From NCBI GenBank assembly GCA_022868165.1, contig JALHYA010000008.1, forward strand, positions 38,444 through 102,443: DNA of 64,000 nt, written 5' to 3'. The notes under the pieces are model-generated. The model had not been told where the DNA came from. It saw only the letters and a list, made by a program, of their open reading frames with translations, and made no database searches. Position 1 is the stretch's first letter, and each line of letters starts with the position of its first letter. The position numbers were made by a program, and so were the translations under genes. The DNA is from Patescibacteria group bacterium. GTDB lineage: Bacteria; Patescibacteriota; Microgenomatia; UBA8517. Positions 1 through 10,150 of the stretch are shown here, one piece after another.

Positions 1-1155
1 AGCAAAAATAGCTATCATGTTAAAGAACGAGATGCTACCGATATATACAGTCTTTTTCATCGAGTAAATAATCGCCGTAACGGAAGGAACGGTGAGGATA
101 AAAGGAATCATAGAAACAGTAAGAGCTTGAAAAACCGGCACAGAGGGCAAATATTTTTGACCGAAAAGAATTAATACAAAAGGCTTGGCAACAATAATCC
201 AAACAATTGTCAATAAAATTATACCCAATGTAACAATGGTGGACTTAACCAGATAGACTCTTTCCTTATTTTTATCTCCAAAGCTGGCCATCCGTGGGGC
301 TAAGACCGAAGAAAAACTGGAGGCTAGAATTATCAAAAAGGAAGTCAGCTTGGAAGGAATCGAATAAAGACCGGTTGCCGTAGCACCTGCGAGTGCGGCC
401 AGCATCTGGATATCAAGCCTTCCCGAAATCGAGGTAATTACCCTATTGACCCCCAGCCAACCGGAGAACTTTGCCAGGTCCAAATAAATATCCTTTCTAG
501 GTCTGGCAAACAGAAACTTTATGCCCGTAAAGATAAATCCTGCAATTGCGGAAATAAATACACCCGCCGCGAAAGCAAAAAGGGTCGTTTTTACATTCAA
601 AATTCCAAATTTTATAAATATTAACGGTATTAAAAGTCTGGGAAGTCCGACAAAAATATCTAAAAGCACAGACTTAAAGAAAAGTTTTTTTGCCTGGAGA
701 ATGTAAGGAAGAAATCCCCAAGCAAGAGCAATAAAAGAGATCAAAGAAACTAAGTATGCAACTTGTTTATCGGCCGTTGCCAACCAATGTTCTGCAATAT
801 ATCCGGCAAAAATAACAACCAAAAGAGAAAGAGCAGCAGCTATAACAACCCTCACAACAAAAGCCGCCTTTGCATACTCATCTGCTCTTCGCTTATCACT
901 CCTGGCCAGATGAATAGAAACGAAATTAACCACACCCGAGGAAAGGCCAAAATCCGATAGAGAGATAAGTATGATTATCAAATTGGATGCTGCAGAAAAT
1001 ACTCCAAAGTCACTTACTGTTAGGGCCCTGGCAATAATAATCGTGAAGAGAAAACCCAAAAAGGCACTAAAAATATTACCTCCAAAAAGAATATAGGTAT
1101 CCTTGGCCGTACCCGAAGTCGCTAATCCCAGAATCTTTTGTAGACGCTTTTTCAT
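1..1155 (-). CDS. wzx: Oligosaccharide flippase (Wzx/MOP family), 3' end beyond window
   Basis: Absent from the ORF track because it runs off the edge. Manual translation from ATG at 1155: MKKRLQKILGLATSGTAKDTYILFGGNIFSAFLGFLFTIIIARALTVSDFGVFSAASNLIIILISLSDFGLSSGVVNFV, the typical Wzx N-terminus (ARxLxxxxFG, xDFGL). Confidence 0.85.
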   Translation of the reverse strand, partial: MKKRLQKILGLATSGTAKDTYILFGGNIFSAFLGFLFTIIIARALTVSDFGVFSAASNLIIILISLSDFGLSSGVVNFVSIHLARSDKRRADEYAKAAFVVRVVIAAALSLLVVIFAGYIAEHWLATADKQVAYLVSLISFIALAWGFLPYILQAKKLFFKSVLLDIFVGLPRLLIPLIFIKFGILNVKTTLFAFAAGVFISAIAGFIFTGIKFLFARPRKDIYLDLAKFSGWLGVNRVITSISGRLDIQMLAALAGATATGLYSIPSKLTSFLIILASSFSSVLAPRMASFGDKNKERVYLVKSTIVTLGIILLTIVWIIVAKPFVLILFGQKYLPSVPVFQALTVSMIPFILTVPSVTAIIYSMKKTVYIGSISFFNMIAIFA

Positions 1156-1164
1156 AAAAATAAT

Positions 1165-1932
1165 TTAGATTTTTATTCCGACTCTTCCCGAATAATCAAC
1201 CCTACTTAATAGAATTGGCTTTTTTATTCTTGCAAAATATCCCTCAACCGCTTTCTTCGCACCCCCGAAGTGGCCGTAATCGTCAATTATTATTACTCCG
1301 CCTTTAACCACCTTCGGAAAGAGAAAATTTAACTCGTGAAGCGTTGATTTATACCAGTCTGTATCCAGCCTTAATAAAGCGATCTTGTCCGGGGTTATTT
1401 TTGGAATTGTTTTTTCCACCCGGCCTTTGACATAAATTAGTTTATCGGAGGGGTACCCAGTCTTTTCCATATTTCGTTTAACTTCTTCGAGGGGAGAGTA
1501 TGTCCACAAGTTGTATCCTTTCCTTCTATTTTTACGCCATTCATTAATCACCGATGTTGAGTCTGCAATCAAAAAATCCCGCTTGTCCGGCTTCGTCATT
1601 CCAGCAAAAGTATCGTAAAAATATATATTTCTGTTCGTGTCTTTGAATTGCAATAATGTGTAGGCCATAGCCATAGCACTGCCACCCTTCCATACACCGC
1701 ATTCGACAAAATCTCCACCAACTTCTAATGCTTCGAGATACTCAATAGATTTATATAAAGCGTAGACCTTTTCTTTTGAAGTAAGAGTATGTTTGCGACA
1801 TTTTTCAAATATCGGTAAAAACTCTTTGTCCATATCCGCATCCATATACATCGGTAAACCCTTTAGGGGCACAATTTTGAATCCAAACAAAGCGATCATT
1901 TTTTCAAATAGAGTTCTTAAGGTGTTAATCAT
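1165..1932 (-). CDS. TylF/MycF/NovP-family sugar O-methyltransferase
   Basis: GDFVECGVWKGGS, DTFAGM, LLRLDTDWYKST and IIIDDYG motifs are diagnostic of the TylF family. Confidence 0.9.
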   Translation of the reverse strand: MINTLRTLFEKMIALFGFKIVPLKGLPMYMDADMDKEFLPIFEKCRKHTLTSKEKVYALYKSIEYLEALEVGGDFVECGVWKGGSAMAMAYTLLQFKDTNRNIYFYDTFAGMTKPDKRDFLIADSTSVINEWRKNRRKGYNLWTYSPLEEVKRNMEKTGYPSDKLIYVKGRVEKTIPKITPDKIALLRLDTDWYKSTLHELNFLFPKVVKGGVIIIDDYGHFGGAKKAVEGYFARIKKPILLSRVDYSGRVGIKI

Positions 1933-3539
1933 TTCTTAACAAGAAGAACGGCTCTCGCGGACTGATTCTCGTAATCTTCTTCCGCTTTAATTGTAAATAC
2001 GCCCTTAACCTTAAAATTTTGAGATAAGTACTTATCATCTATTTTTTGAGGACTTTCGAAGGCTTGCCTCCACTGAGGCCCCATATAATAATTCTCGTCA
2101 TCCATAAGATAACTGGTCAGAAAAATTGCGTCAAAATCCAAAGTCTTATTTTCCGAAGAAAGCATTTCCGGGGTCAGCGGAAACCAAACAGTCTTTCTTT
2201 CTCCATACCAACTTCCCCATGTATCAAGATTGGTAACAACCACATCCGAAGGGCTGGTATTTTCCCTCAGAAGCTTTGACAAGACTACGTAAACCGGAGG
2301 TTTGCCCGAATTCAAAGCTTTGTTAACAGACCTGGAATCCAGAAAAATTGCTCCTAGCGTTTGCCCGACAATAAAAAACAAAATAAGAATCAGCGAAGCG
2401 GTGCCCACAAGATACTTTTTTTCCTTAAATATGGTTTCGATTATCCAAACGAGTGTTCCAACCGCACATATGTATACAAATGGTATTACGGGATGAATAT
2501 ACCTGAAGAAAGGGATTGTCAGGGCAACCATTAACAGACTCGCCAAAAGGATCGCCAGAGATGTAAATTTGAAAATATTTTGAAACTTATCTTTCTTCCA
2601 CCAGAAAAGACCCAAAACAAATAAGCCAAACATATAAGGAGACATTATTTGGGGCATCAATTTGTAGAAGTTATACAGGTTATAGAATGTTTTCTTCAAA
2701 ATTCCCAAAATCGTAACATTTGTAGCCAAGCCACCCCTTAATGCATCTGAAATTGCAAAGTTTGAAGAGTACTGGAAAAAGGCCTGGAGACCTCGAATAA
2801 ATATCGGATAAACAGGAATTTTAAAGGAAAGAGGATAAAGAATAAATCTGTCTACAGCAAAAAATGCCATAACAAACAGAAATAGCCATAACACTGCCTT
2901 CTTAACCGAAAAGTTTATGGCCAACCACATAAATAATAGGAGTACTATAAACAGGAAACCTTGGGGTCTGGTTAGATAAAGCATGACAAAAATACCAAAA
3001 GCAAGGATATTGCTCCATTTCCGTTTTAAAAGAATAAGGTATGCCGCCAAAACAGCTAAAAAAGAAAAAAGCGTTTCGGAAGCTCCGCTTGTGGCATAAT
3101 CAAGAAAGTTAATGTTTGCTGCCACTGCCAATGAAGACAAAAATCCTACCAAATTTCCGAAAAGCTTTCTGGCCAATAAATATATTGATACAACTAAACC
3201 CAGATAAAAAATTCCCGAAGTTAAAATTACGCTAAAATCCGATGGGCCAAAGAATCTAAAAGCCAAAGATATGGCAAATTGCATAGCCACGGGGACGCCG
3301 CGAGCAGAAAAAAAACTTACCTGCGGTTGCCCAAAAAGCGTGGAGCTAAAAAAGCTAAAATTTGCTTTGTAGCCGTTTCCGGCCAACACATTTCTTGCGA
3401 TATCGGCAAACTTAGCAGCATCGGAAAAGTGTAGGTACCTTGAAGTTGAGAAGGAATAATAAGAGAGGAATAGCAAAACAGAAATCAAACAAAGTAAAAT
3501 AATGGCAATGTTTCTTTTCTCAAATAATTTCTTGTACAT
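1929..3539 (-). CDS. GT-C fold membrane glycosyltransferase (PMT_2/ArnT-like)
   Basis: Multi-pass hydrophobic protein with acidic motif HFSDAAKF after TM1, SETLF motif and a soluble C-terminal domain. Start moved to ATG 3539 (MYKKLF) to avoid overlap with wzm. Confidence 0.75.
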   Translation of the reverse strand: MYKKLFEKRNIAIILLCLISVLLFLSYYSFSTSRYLHFSDAAKFADIARNVLAGNGYKANFSFFSSTLFGQPQVSFFSARGVPVAMQFAISLAFRFFGPSDFSVILTSGIFYLGLVVSIYLLARKLFGNLVGFLSSLAVAANINFLDYATSGASETLFSFLAVLAAYLILLKRKWSNILAFGIFVMLYLTRPQGFLFIVLLLFMWLAINFSVKKAVLWLFLFVMAFFAVDRFILYPLSFKIPVYPIFIRGLQAFFQYSSNFAISDALRGGLATNVTILGILKKTFYNLYNFYKLMPQIMSPYMFGLFVLGLFWWKKDKFQNIFKFTSLAILLASLLMVALTIPFFRYIHPVIPFVYICAVGTLVWIIETIFKEKKYLVGTASLILILFFIVGQTLGAIFLDSRSVNKALNSGKPPVYVVLSKLLRENTSPSDVVVTNLDTWGSWYGERKTVWFPLTPEMLSSENKTLDFDAIFLTSYLMDDENYYMGPQWRQAFESPQKIDDKYLSQNFKVKGVFTIKAEEDYENQSARAVLLVKK

Positions 3540-3622
3540 CGAGACCTGCCTTTGACTGAAATTATACATTAAGGAGCGTGACATATCAGCTATCTTGATA
3601 TAAAATTCAGCAGATATTGACA

Positions 3623-4456
3623 ATGAAAGATAGCGAACAAACTATAATCATTCAGGCCAAAACAAATCCATTAAAAATTAATTGGAAAGAAATTTGGGAA
3701 AGCCGAGATCTTTTTTATTTCCTGACGTGGAGAGACATAAAAATTCGTTATAAACAAACTATTCTGGGGGTATTATGGATTATCATTCAACCACTGGTAT
3801 CAATGGTTATTTTTACCTTAGTGTTTGGAAATTTTGCGAAGATTCCATCGGATAACATTCCTTTTCCCATTTTTGTATTTATAGGACTTTTATTCTGGAA
3901 TTTCTTTTCTGCCGCTCTTTCTAGCTCTGCGAATAGTCTTATTTCAAACGAAAACATACTTAAGAAAGTTTATTTCCCACGTCTGATGGCACCGGTTTCG
4001 TCGACTTTTGCACACATAGTCGACCTGATTCCAACCTTGATTATCTTATTAGGTCTTTTGGTTTATTACAATGTGAGACTAACGCCCCAAATGATGTTCT
4101 TTTTGCCTGTTTTACTTTTTATACTATTGGTATGGGCATTAGGAATCGGGATGTTTCTCGCACCAATAAATGCAAAGTTCAGAGATATCAGATACATCCT
4201 GCCCTTTTTTATTCAATTGGGATTTTTCGTTACACCAGTTGTTTATCCCACAAGTTTCTTTGGCGGTTCTTTGCGTTTTTTCAGGGTCATAAATCCTGTT
4301 GCTGAGGCGATCGAAGTTTCTAGGTCGGGATTTTTCGGAACGAGACCGATGGATTGGTTCATTTTTGGCCTATCTACTCTTTTTGTTTTGGTAACCTTTC
4401 TTATCGGGTTGTATTATTTTAGAACCCAAGAAGATAAATTCATTGATATTTTATAA
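3623..4456 (+). CDS. wzm: Polysaccharide ABC exporter permease
   Basis: RDIKIRYKQTILGVLW, KVYFPR and TPVVYP motifs of ABC-2 Wzm/TagG permeases. Confidence 0.92.
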   Translation: MKDSEQTIIIQAKTNPLKINWKEIWESRDLFYFLTWRDIKIRYKQTILGVLWIIIQPLVSMVIFTLVFGNFAKIPSDNIPFPIFVFIGLLFWNFFSAALSSSANSLISNENILKKVYFPRLMAPVSSTFAHIVDLIPTLIILLGLLVYYNVRLTPQMMFFLPVLLFILLVWALGIGMFLAPINAKFRDIRYILPFFIQLGFFVTPVVYPTSFFGGSLRFFRVINPVAEAIEVSRSGFFGTRPMDWFIFGLSTLFVLVTFLIGLYYFRTQEDKFIDIL

Positions 4457-4458
4457 AT

Positions 4459-5703
4459 ATGAGTGACATCGTAATAAAAGCCGAGTCGATAAGTAAGCAA
4501 TATATTCTTGATAAATATGGGAGATATTATTCGATTCGCGATTATATCTCCGAAACTCCTCAAAGAATCTTTCATCAGGTCTCTCGGAGGGCAAAAACTA
4601 AAAGTTTTTGGGCTTTAAAAAACATTTCCTTTAAAGTTGAAAGGGGTGAGGTTTTGGGCGTAATCGGTAGAAATGGTGCAGGCAAAAGTACACTACTAAA
4701 AATCTTGTCAAGAATTATGCCTCCGACCAGGGGTAGAGCCACTATCCATGGGAGAGTCGCCAGCATGCTGGAAATAGGCACTGGTTTTAATTCGGAGCTG
4801 ACCGGGCGGGAAAATATTTACCTAAACGGGGCAATTTTAGGAATGAAAAGAAAAGAAATCAATTCGAAATTTGACCAAATTGTTGAATTTTCCGAAATAG
4901 GGCAATTTATTGATGTTCCGGTAAAGAAATACTCTAGCGGAATGTATGTAAGGCTAGCTTTTTCGGTTGCCGCCCATCTTGACCCAGAAATAGTACTTCT
5001 AGATGAGGTCTTGGCGGTTGGTGATTTACCCTTTCAAAGAAAATCGTTAAAGAAAATGAAATCAATTGCGAAAGACGAAGGACGCACCGTTATATTTGTC
5101 AGCCACAATCTTTCGTCCGTAGATTCTTTGTGTAATAAGGCCTTACTTCTTGAAAAGGGCAGGGTGACGGCATATGGGAAAACCAGAGAGGTGATCACAA
5201 AATATGTAACCGGCTTTATGCCCAAAAAGACCCCTATTTCAAAAATGACTTCTCGCGAGGGAACCGGAAAGATAAAGCTTATGGATTTTTGGATAGAAGA
5301 CCAGAATCACAAAAAAACCGCCTTTGTAAGAAGCGGCGATCATTGTTTTTTTGTCTTTAAATACGCCTGTCCTAAAAAAATAAAGGGCGAGACCGTAGAT
5401 GGGGGTTTTACAATTTTTTCTGTTCTGGATCAACCTCTTTTTTCCCACTATCTTTCTTATACTAGACAAGAAATTAGGAATCTTCCGGTTAAAGGAACCC
5501 TTTTTTTTGAATTTCCTAAATTTCCGCTCGCCAGGGGGGAATATAAAATTGGAATTAGCCTAGCTACTAACGGCATTACTGCAGATATAATCCCTTTTGC
5601 TGCGCAAATGTCGGTCCAAGACGGCGACTTTTATCGCCCCAATGTTACTCTAGACCAAAGCAACCCTCCATTTTTTATCGATGGAAAGTGGATTACTGGC
5701 TAG
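4459..5703 (+). CDS. wzt: Polysaccharide ABC exporter ATPase with C-terminal Wzt_C-like domain
   Basis: Walker A GRNGAGKST, YSSGMYVRLAF signature, DEVLAVGD, plus a C-terminal extension of about 160 aa. Confidence 0.92.
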   Translation: MSDIVIKAESISKQYILDKYGRYYSIRDYISETPQRIFHQVSRRAKTKSFWALKNISFKVERGEVLGVIGRNGAGKSTLLKILSRIMPPTRGRATIHGRVASMLEIGTGFNSELTGRENIYLNGAILGMKRKEINSKFDQIVEFSEIGQFIDVPVKKYSSGMYVRLAFSVAAHLDPEIVLLDEVLAVGDLPFQRKSLKKMKSIAKDEGRTVIFVSHNLSSVDSLCNKALLLEKGRVTAYGKTREVITKYVTGFMPKKTPISKMTSREGTGKIKLMDFWIEDQNHKKTAFVRSGDHCFFVFKYACPKKIKGETVDGGFTIFSVLDQPLFSHYLSYTRQEIRNLPVKGTLFFEFPKFPLARGEYKIGISLATNGITADIIPFAAQMSVQDGDFYRPNVTLDQSNPPFFIDGKWITG

Positions 5704-5705
5704 AA

Positions 5706-6734
5706 ATGCTAAATAAGATATTTGTAGTAATTCCGGTACATAATCGGCTCGAATACTCGAAAAAATGTCTTACCTCATTTAAAAATCAGACCTATAAAAA
5801 CTTCGAAGTAATAGTCGTTGATGACGGTTCAGGAGATGGAACGTCAAACTACATAAAGAAAAGATATCCTCAATATACTGTCATAAAGGGGCCCGGAGAT
5901 TGGTGGTGGGCCAAATCGATGGCAACTGGAATAGAATATGCCCTGAAAAATGCTGATAAAAATGATTTCATATTATCTATGAATAATGACTGCTATTTTA
6001 ATAAGGAGTACCTTCGTGAAATTTTAAAGAAAAGTATCTCGAATAACTATGCAATTGTGGGTTCAATAATATTGGATTCGCAGAACCCCACAAGGGTTAT
6101 TGAAGCAGGCATCAAAATAAACTGGAGACATGCTTTGATTTATGGAATAGCCGACAATATATCAAATGACATTCGCTTTTATACCGACAGGGTAGACCTT
6201 AAGGAAATAGATACTTTGCCAGGAAAAGGCACACTTTTCCCAGTCCGAGTTGTTAAAAAAGTCGGGAATTTTAATTACAAAAGGCTTCCCCATTATATCG
6301 CTGACTATGAATTTTTCTGCCGTGCCAAAAAGCACGGGTTCAAACTAGTAGTTTCTAGCCGAGCCAGACTTTATAACTTTGCAAAGAAAACGGGAACCAG
6401 CCATGTTAAAAAACATACCGGTTCCTACAAAGAAGTATTAAATGTTCTTTTTGGTCGAAAATCTAAATTGAATATTATGGATCATACAAATTTTTTGCTT
6501 TTGGCGTGCCCGCACAAATATCTTCTTCGAAACTTTATGGAAGTTTCAAAAAAAATTCGAGGTTATGCTTTAATGCTCTTTCCTTTTTACTATATAAAAA
6601 TTGCACTGGATATTTATTATCGTGGGAAAATGCAATACCAGCTCCTTTTACACAATATTCCTATCTATTTTCGCCAGAATCCAATACTTTCTAAATTGAA
6701 CCTTACAAAAACCAAAATATTTAAAAAGAGATAG
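5706..6734 (+). CDS. GT2 glycosyltransferase
   Basis: VVIPVHNR, VVDDGSGDGT, NND and DYE motifs. Start set at ATG 5706. Confidence 0.88.
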   Translation: MLNKIFVVIPVHNRLEYSKKCLTSFKNQTYKNFEVIVVDDGSGDGTSNYIKKRYPQYTVIKGPGDWWWAKSMATGIEYALKNADKNDFILSMNNDCYFNKEYLREILKKSISNNYAIVGSIILDSQNPTRVIEAGIKINWRHALIYGIADNISNDIRFYTDRVDLKEIDTLPGKGTLFPVRVVKKVGNFNYKRLPHYIADYEFFCRAKKHGFKLVVSSRARLYNFAKKTGTSHVKKHTGSYKEVLNVLFGRKSKLNIMDHTNFLLLACPHKYLLRNFMEVSKKIRGYALMLFPFYYIKIALDIYYRGKMQYQLLLHNIPIYFRQNPILSKLNLTKTKIFKKR

Positions 6735-6758
6735 CTTCACCATTAATATGTCGAGAAA

Positions 6759-7343
6759 TCATTTTCTCGCGTCCAAGATAATAGACGTATAGATGAATGC
6801 GTTTCCCTTATTTCTTTCGTCGAATCTTTTTGATCTGTGTATCGGGCCGTCCTCGGAACTCCATTTATTTAAATGAAAACGACCGTTCTCATCAAAATAC
6901 TCCAATAGCTTAATTTCAAATCCGACCGATTTGAAAAGTTGAGAAAATGTTTGATATGTATAAAGAACCTTGTGGTCTTTTGCTCCTGCGCCCGTGCCCC
7001 CGGGCTTTACCCAATCCATATAGCGCTCATTGGGAAAAAAGCCGTCCGGAACTGCCACTCTCACGTACCCGCCTTTCCTGAGATACTTATAACAATTCTT
7101 GGCGGCAATGATTGCTTCTTTCGGCGTCAAATGTTCCCAAACATGTTCCGCCAAAATCGCATCGATTGACCCAGGCTTAAAATTATTCTCCCAATCTTCC
7201 GACTTTATTAAATTCAATTCGTCTTCTTCGGTGGAGATCCAACCGGGCCGCTTTGTTAAGCTAGCTCCTACGATAATTCTGCGGGGCTTCCCCTTTGCCA
7301 ACCTTTTCAACCTTTGTTGTAAGTCCCCCATTTTACGATACAA
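6759..7343 (-). CDS. Class I SAM-dependent methyltransferase (glycan-locus type)
   Basis: DAILAEHVWEHL and LRKGGYVRVAVPD motifs; motif I is atypical (IIVGA). Start is either TTG 7343 or ATG 7331. Confidence 0.75.
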   Translation of the reverse strand: MYRKMGDLQQRLKRLAKGKPRRIIVGASLTKRPGWISTEEDELNLIKSEDWENNFKPGSIDAILAEHVWEHLTPKEAIIAAKNCYKYLRKGGYVRVAVPDGFFPNERYMDWVKPGGTGAGAKDHKVLYTYQTFSQLFKSVGFEIKLLEYFDENGRFHLNKWSSEDGPIHRSKRFDERNKGNAFIYTSIILDARK

Positions 7344-7381
7344 TGCTAAATGTTAGCACAAAAAAAATGTAAATTCACAAT

Positions 7382-8368
7382 ATGGAAAAATGTAAAATAT
7401 GCTACGGCCAGCTAGTTAGAAAATATAAAAATCTTTTTGACAATAGACATGGATATCCAGGAAGATTTTATATTTATCAATGTAGAAACTGTGGATTTAT
7501 GGAAACTTTTCCGCAACTTCGAAGGAACAAATTAACTCAAATATATTCGAAGTATTATCCCCGACAAAATATCGATATAAAACAAGTAGCATTGGCAGGT
7601 AAAAATATTCCCTCCCCCACAGAAATTTACTGGAAAGGTCTGGCCACGTCTTGCCATTTTGCCACGAAAAAACTAGATAAAGTATTAGATATAGGTTCCG
7701 GAGTGGGATATTCCTTAGTCGAAATAAGAAAACTTGGCGGAGAGGCTTGGGGGATAGACCCCGACAACAATGCGAAGAAAATTGCACAAAGACTTAAACT
7801 AAAATTTCATAAAGCCTTCCTAGAAAATTGCCCTTTCCCAAAAAATTATTTCGACTTAATCACCGCATCACAAGTAATCGAGCATGAATCGAACCCTTTA
7901 GAATTCCTAAATTTATGCAAAGAATTTCTTAAAGATAAGGGCAGAATTATCTTAAGTTTTCCCAACACCGATTCCTTATATAGAAAAATTTGGGGCAAAA
8001 ATTGGCTCCACTGGCATATCCCCTATCATTTAAATCACTTTAATAAAAAATCCTTTAGGATTCTGGCGAGAAATTCCGGCCTAAAGATAGTCTCGATAAA
8101 AACAATAACCCCCAACCTTTGGACAATTCTGCAAATTAAGTCGCTTTTAAACAACCCCAAAGAAGGAACCCGAGATATGATGTGGAATGGAGTCGTACAA
8201 AATAGCAAGGATAGTGGAAAGAAAATATCCTTGCTTAATACATTACTTCAACGTCTTCTTCCGCAAATCGAGAAGTTATTGGTTACAAACAGATTTGTTG
8301 ATTTTTTGGGCCTGGGAGAAAGTTTTGTCATCGAACTTAAAGTAATAAAATTGAGGTCAAATATATAA
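7382..8368 (+). CDS. Class I SAM methyltransferase with N-terminal CxxC...CxxC (putative Zn) domain
   Basis: CKIC...CRNCG, VLDIGSGVG, FDLITASQVIEH and PYHLNHF motifs. Confidence 0.85.
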   Translation: MEKCKICYGQLVRKYKNLFDNRHGYPGRFYIYQCRNCGFMETFPQLRRNKLTQIYSKYYPRQNIDIKQVALAGKNIPSPTEIYWKGLATSCHFATKKLDKVLDIGSGVGYSLVEIRKLGGEAWGIDPDNNAKKIAQRLKLKFHKAFLENCPFPKNYFDLITASQVIEHESNPLEFLNLCKEFLKDKGRIILSFPNTDSLYRKIWGKNWLHWHIPYHLNHFNKKSFRILARNSGLKIVSIKTITPNLWTILQIKSLLNNPKEGTRDMMWNGVVQNSKDSGKKISLLNTLLQRLLPQIEKLLVTNRFVDFLGLGESFVIELKVIKLRSNI

Positions 8369-8470
8369 CATCCTTAAGCAAACTAAAGTTTGCGGTTCCC
8401 TTTGAATGAGGATGATATATCAGGTTCAATTCCTCCACGAATAAAAATTCGTGGTATCCTTGAAACTGTT

Positions 8471-8668
8471 ATGAAAGTTATTATCGACACCAAGAAATGT
8501 ATTTTTTGCGGTGCCTGTGAAGAATTGACCCTAAAAGCAATAATTTCTCCCGGAGACAAACCGGCTTCCTTAAACCCTAAAGCCAACCTTAATGACCCGG
8601 TGACCAAAGAAAACATTAAAATGGCTGCCGAAACTTGTCCTCAACGAGCTATTAAAATAAAACCCTAA
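8471..8668 (+). CDS. fdx: Monocluster [4Fe-4S] ferredoxin
   Basis: 65 aa from ATG 8471: MKVIIDTKKCIFCGAC...AAETCPQRAI, giving CxxCxxC plus a distal CP. Confidence 0.85.
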   Translation: MKVIIDTKKCIFCGACEELTLKAIISPGDKPASLNPKANLNDPVTKENIKMAAETCPQRAIKIKP

Positions 8669-8669
8669 A

Positions 8670-10136
8670 ATGAAACCTCGTCTAACTCTTGTCTATCCAT
8701 CTTATTCTAAAATGCTGGGTACCAACAAATACTATCGATATAATGTTTACGCCGGCCTAGGAAATATTCCCGAACGCCCACATATCGGCCTTGGCTATCT
8801 TTCTCAATATCTTCTCGACAAGGGCTATGACCACGATTTTATCGATATGAATCTTCTAAAATCATATTCTGAATTTAAAAAAAGAACCAAGCGTTATGCC
8901 CCCGATATTATCGGTCTTACGATGGTTACCCCCGGCTACCTTAAGGGCTACAAACTAATCAAAAGAATTAAAAAAGATTTCCCAAAAAGTAAGATAATAG
9001 TCGGCGGCCCCCACATCACCCTTGTTCTAACCAAATTATTCAAAGACTGCCCGGAAATTGATGTCGGGTTTGTTTCGGAAGCCGAGCAAAACTTAGTTGA
9101 TTACCTTAACCAAGGATGCCGCCCGGAAAAAATAAACGGAATTCTCTATAAAAAGGGTAAAAAGGTTTACTTTAATCCTCCGGTTCTAGAGCCGGACATT
9201 AACAAATTTCATTTTCCCAAATATGAAAAATTTGATCTCCCCCATTATTCCGGAATCGGTCTTTATACTTCCCGCGGCTGCCCTTTTAGGTGTATCTTTT
9301 GCAATGTCGAGTCATACAGACGCAAGGCCGTTCGAGTTCGCTCTGCAGAAAGTGTCTTGGCAGAAATAGATTACTGGTATAAAAAGGGGCAGTCCTTATT
9401 CCCAATTGAGGATGATAATTTTACCTTTAGCCGTCAGCGCACAATTGACCTTTGCAATGCAATTGAGAAACACCGTTACCCGAGCATTATTTTTGCTCTA
9501 GGCCAAGGGGTACGTGCCGATAAAGTGGATAAACGCCTACTCAAAAAAATGTACTCGGTAGGTTTTAAGTATATAACCATCCCCGCCGAAGCGGGCAACG
9601 ACAAAACTCTCCGCAGTCTTCGAAAAGGCGAAACAATAAAACAAATTGAATATGCTATTAAAAACGCTTGTGACTTGGGATTCGAGGTCAGAGTCTTATT
9701 CGTCGTTGGAGCGCCCGGAGAAACATGGAAAGACTTAGAAGATTCGTTTAAGTTGGCTCAGAAGTATCCCGTTATGTATTGTCGATTTAATAATCTGATG
9801 CCGATTCCGGGAACTGCGCTTTTCGATTGGGTTAAACAAGAAAAACTTTTTTTGCGTCCACCTGAAAAGTTTCTCAACAGCCACGACCTTGACTACACCG
9901 AACCTTTTTACCAGACACCCGAATTTAGCGCGGCCGAAAGAAAGCGGGCTATTATTGTTTCAGACCAAATTAACCAAAAGCTTTTTTATCGTTATCTCGC
10001 ACGCAAACTTTCGATTCTTGGGCCGTTCAAATATCCAACGGCTTTTATGGCCTCTCGTCGTTTCACACAATTGTTTTTAATTAAATATCCTTATCTTTAC
10101 AAAACCGCTCTACTTCTTCGCCGTAAAATGGCATAG
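8670..10136 (+). CDS. Cobalamin-binding-domain radical SAM enzyme (class B-like)
   Basis: N-terminal B12-binding-like region (HIGLGYL, IIGLT, IIVGGPH), SRGCPFRCIFC (CxxxCxxC), DDNFT, GAPGET, PIPGT. Confidence 0.9.
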   Translation: MKPRLTLVYPSYSKMLGTNKYYRYNVYAGLGNIPERPHIGLGYLSQYLLDKGYDHDFIDMNLLKSYSEFKKRTKRYAPDIIGLTMVTPGYLKGYKLIKRIKKDFPKSKIIVGGPHITLVLTKLFKDCPEIDVGFVSEAEQNLVDYLNQGCRPEKINGILYKKGKKVYFNPPVLEPDINKFHFPKYEKFDLPHYSGIGLYTSRGCPFRCIFCNVESYRRKAVRVRSAESVLAEIDYWYKKGQSLFPIEDDNFTFSRQRTIDLCNAIEKHRYPSIIFALGQGVRADKVDKRLLKKMYSVGFKYITIPAEAGNDKTLRSLRKGETIKQIEYAIKNACDLGFEVRVLFVVGAPGETWKDLEDSFKLAQKYPVMYCRFNNLMPIPGTALFDWVKQEKLFLRPPEKFLNSHDLDYTEPFYQTPEFSAAERKRAIIVSDQINQKLFYRYLARKLSILGPFKYPTAFMASRRFTQLFLIKYPYLYKTALLLRRKMA

Positions 10137-10150
10137 TTGACTTATCTGCA

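Noticed and set aside
521-960. Short plus-strand ORFs
   Set aside because: They are antisense shadows of the wzx gene, which the ORF track missed at the window edge.
8390-8470. Possible tRNA (GGTTCAATTCC T-arm-like motif) and the 27-codon N-terminal extension of the ferredoxin ORF
   Set aside because: There is no acceptor stem, D-arm or anticodon arm. The ferredoxin fold begins at ATG 8471 (MKVIID).
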